Positions 60,645 to 64,000 of a DNA stretch of 64,000 nt are shown here, piece by piece. Every line of letters starts with the position of its first letter. Position 1 is the first letter of the stretch. The position numbers were made by a program, and so were the translations under genes. Source of the DNA: Iphione sp. A-MEVVRFRX5 (Eukaryota); contig OZ320313.1 in the NCBI GenBank assembly GCA_976226885.1, positions 106,640,001 to 106,704,000 of the forward strand, in the 5' to 3' direction. Under the pieces are notes generated by a model that saw nothing but the letters and a program-made list of their open reading frames with translations, did not search any database and was not told where the DNA came from.

Positions 60645-63600
60645 GTGTCTGTCTGTCTCAGTCTCTCTGCTTTTGTGTCTGTCTGTCTCAGTCTCTGTCT
60701 GTGTCAATGGCTATCTCTCTCCTTTAACCCTCCCTCCACTTCCGTCGTGTGATGAGATGTGCTGACATCAATGTTGACATCCGGTCTAATCTTATCTCTC
60801 GTCTGAGGAGCTTCATGGTGACTTTTGTACACAGAATTTCGGGGGGGGGAGGGGAGGTGATGCACCCAACTCACCTGTATAGTTTATCTCTCATATATTT
60901 GTGACACTTAGCGGCGCTCATGTGGGTTACCTCGGAGGTTAACCAAGGCGGCTAGGATTACGTGAGCACGTGTGCGAGTTTACAGACGTGTGGCGGGAAG
61001 TCAATCGAAGTAATGGAGGCATTGCATAGTCCGTAATTCTATCACTGTCCAACAGCCCTAGCCCTACATCGGCTCCGTACTTTGGTAAGATATGGTAATA
61101 TGGGATTCCCCGAAAAGTCCAATGGCTAGCCTTCCAATGAAAAGCGAGTTACCCCGGGGGTTCTTGCACTGTGATATATAGAGATTATAACTGAGTTTGG
61201 ATCAGCAGGTCTTCACTATGACTGCCATTATGGTCGCACCTCGAAAAGGGCTCAGCACCTCTGGGTAACCGTGTGATGTGTTTTATTACCTGATTTGGTT
61301 TAAACATAAGATCGCATCAAATCACAGCTTGACTTAAATGGAAACATCAGGACACACTACGAGAATCAATTCTTCCTTATTCTTCCTTATTTTGCTTTAA
61401 TCAGAAGCATGTCTATGCAAGCCATTAACCAATACATGTACTTTTATTGTTTTGTCTTATGATTATCTTTAATCAGGGTAATTAGTTTAATCAGGAAATC
61501 AGTGTAAAGCGTATCACAATAGAGGTGATTGTTATTAGGAAATGCTAAAAAGAGGGGAAAAATGCAGTGTATTTGGCTATTTCATAGTACATTCCTTACA
61601 AAGGCCCTCAGACCCCAAAATGTCTATTTTACTCCAAGGAGCAATAAGTATCACGATTATAGTAAGGCCACTTGATCATGTCGGTATTGGTTAATCATCA
61701 CTTGTCTCGTACCCTGAATATACTTCTCCTACGTAATTTAAGACTGTTTTCATTCCATCCCATCCCATTCATGTATATATATCTAGGAATCTGGTCCTTA
61801 TATACATGTCAATGTATTTATCACACCAGGATAAATAAAAGTCTTTAAAAAATTGGGAAGTGGTGGTGTGAGTTGGTGAGGCAGTGAGTTGTCATCGGAC
61901 ATGACGGACAATGGCGCCGTACTGAAGTCGACTCTTTCTCCTTCGGGGCAGTCTATGCAGCTAGTTTTTTTTTCGCCTTTACATTGTCATAGTTGAAGCG
62001 ATCCCAGTCTCCTCACCCTACCTACCATCAGGTTACGTTCAAATTATCTTTAGGGACCCAAGACAACAGAACTCTAACTGACATTCACTATTTGGAGTTA
62101 GTCATCATCCCCGGTCGAATCCTATATGAGAAGAACTCGCCTCTTTCCGCACGAATAAATATCGCGTGTAAAGGATTCGAATATCCCTTATCTATGTAGG
62201 ATAAAAGGCCCACATCACAGTGCATATAAGCAATCTAGTCTATGCATCCATATTCCGATAGGATTTTAGCTGTAAACAATACAAAGGATAAAACTCAACC
62301 GTTTTATGTAAAATGGTATCCTATTTAAAATCATATTAGAGTACTTCAAATCGTTTTCAATATTTTGAGAAAGATTTGATGAACACTATCGATTCTTTGT
62401 ACCTTTTTTTCTGTATGTCTTTTCATAGTTTTGTCTGTCCTTCTATTTCTCTCGCGTCTGCTGACTTTTCAAGACAATTATTCATCCTATGGAAAGGCCA
62501 GCATTAACTTATTATAGCATCTGATATCGAAAGTTTACAGTTAAACTTCTGAGAAAGATCAGAATTTATTGGACGCTAGCATAGGGAGAAATTTAAAAAA
62601 AAAAGGGGGGGGGTGTAATGAAACTCTTCAGAACGATTATATACTCACCTCAGCAAAATATGCCCTATCCTGGCTTGTAACGATCATGAATTTAGAAAAG
62701 AAAATACAGTTGTAGCTAGCACTTTCTGAACTATCCTACTTTAAACGGTCCGACCTGCTCGTCAATACTGCCGTACCTGATCTAGGTGGATATCCAGCAA
62801 TAGGTGGGAGAGACGCCGCCTCCAAGGGGGAGACCTGTCTGAGGGAATTAAGTCGTGTCAACATGAAAGGGTTAAGTTACAAGATCTGCAGGCAGCGTTC
62901 AAGCATGACATAACGGATCCTTCTGCAGCAAATTTACGCTTCAGCAACCTCCGAGGCAAATACAGACATGCTTTTAAAAAAAACTGGAATTCCGCGTGGT
63001 GTATAGAGTCTGAGGGATTCTCTCGTGGTCATAAATATTAAGCAGGCTGTCTGGCTAGATGGCACAGGTGATCAGAGGAATGACGGTAGGGTGTGCAATA
63101 ATTCTCCTCTCATCAGCTCGGTTGTCAAGCAGCGACATAGTCTGGCGACAAGTGACAAGCTGTCAGATTCCTTGGTGGGGAGAGCTTTTCCTTTTGCAGC
63201 GAGCGAGTGACACACGAGGCCAGGGTAATATTTCTAGAGAGGAGGAGGAGGAGGAGGAGGAAGGGGAGGGAGGGCCGGGTGCTCCCGAAGCGGACTAGAC
63301 CGATTCCTCCAGACAGGCAATCTGTCACTGCCGGCCCGCGCGGCCGTCAGATCCCGTGTAGAGGTGGTGATCAACAAGTGCTGCTTGTCTCCATGCCTCC
63401 GACTCCCTGGCTCAGACACACCGACAGAATACACGTTACGTCCATTAGTCGTCGGTGTCCATTCATGCTCACTTCATACGAACCAGTGGTTTCCGTTCCC
63501 TCCAACCTACTCTCTCCCCCCCGTATGTTCCTGGAGCTGCTTCCCTGGTTGTTACCCTCGCCACCAATGACTCAGGCAGGCAACCAGCAGCTGGCGGTCA

Positions 63601-64000
63601 CATGACTCAGCAGGGCATAACCAAGTAGCGGGCGTCTAATGTTTTAACCCTTTTCGGACAGCTGTGAATGAGTTTAGCATGGTTTTGCTTCAGACATACT
63701 CTTGTTATAGGGGGAATAAAATCAATGCACTGATCAGCACCTTTATTATTTAGGAAAAACATTCTCTCATGGCTCCAGAAATCAATATTCTAGCAGGAAC
63801 ATTCTCAGCAGCATTATGGAAACCCTGGAGCTGTGTTTGGGTGCTGTGCATTCTAGTGAAACATCAAACGTGGGTTTAAATGCTCATATTTGAGATATTA
63901 AAATGATATTGGATTTACTACGAGATAGATAATCCATGTACAGTGCATGTATGTATGTATGTACGTACGTACGTACGGATATGTATGTATGTACATGTAT

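Noticed and set aside
56581-64000. Canonical aPKC PB1-domain exons
   Set aside because: No exon encoding PB1-like sequence (KWIDEEGDP, VFP..P..PG.PC.GED) was found by eye; they probably lie beyond the right edge or, less likely, in the N gap.

Overview
Eukaryotic (invertebrate-like, AT-rich, microsatellite-rich) genomic DNA with two short N gaps. Three large units are present. (1) A complete 9.7-kb Ty3/Gypsy LTR retrotransposon (824-10521, +) with 245-bp LTRs differing at 3 positions, a CTAC target duplication, a tRNA-Leu PBS and a PPT. Its gag and pol are mutated. After pol it carries a ~950-codon third reading frame that is not an envelope gene and begins with two C2H2 zinc fingers. (2) An atypical protein kinase C gene (aPKC; PKC iota/zeta family) on the minus strand, assembled by hand from the pseudosubstrate exon (50093) to the stop (21531). 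The PB1-domain exons were not found in the window. The activation-loop exon is present twice (28015-28102 and 27097-27184) as an apparent mutually exclusive pair. (3) An intact Ngaro-type tyrosine-recombinase retrotransposon (51954-56568, -) with identical split direct repeats. It is inserted after codon 4 of a candidate PB1-less alternative first exon of aPKC, and it has splice signals that would fuse its ORF1 in frame to either RT/RNaseH or the recombinase. The remainder is a decayed Penelope-like element, Harbinger- and Tc1-type MITEs, Helentron-associated (HINE-like) repeats, a TIR element with an internal minisatellite, and several promoter-like motif clusters. All coordinates and alignments were read by eye; no database searches were run.
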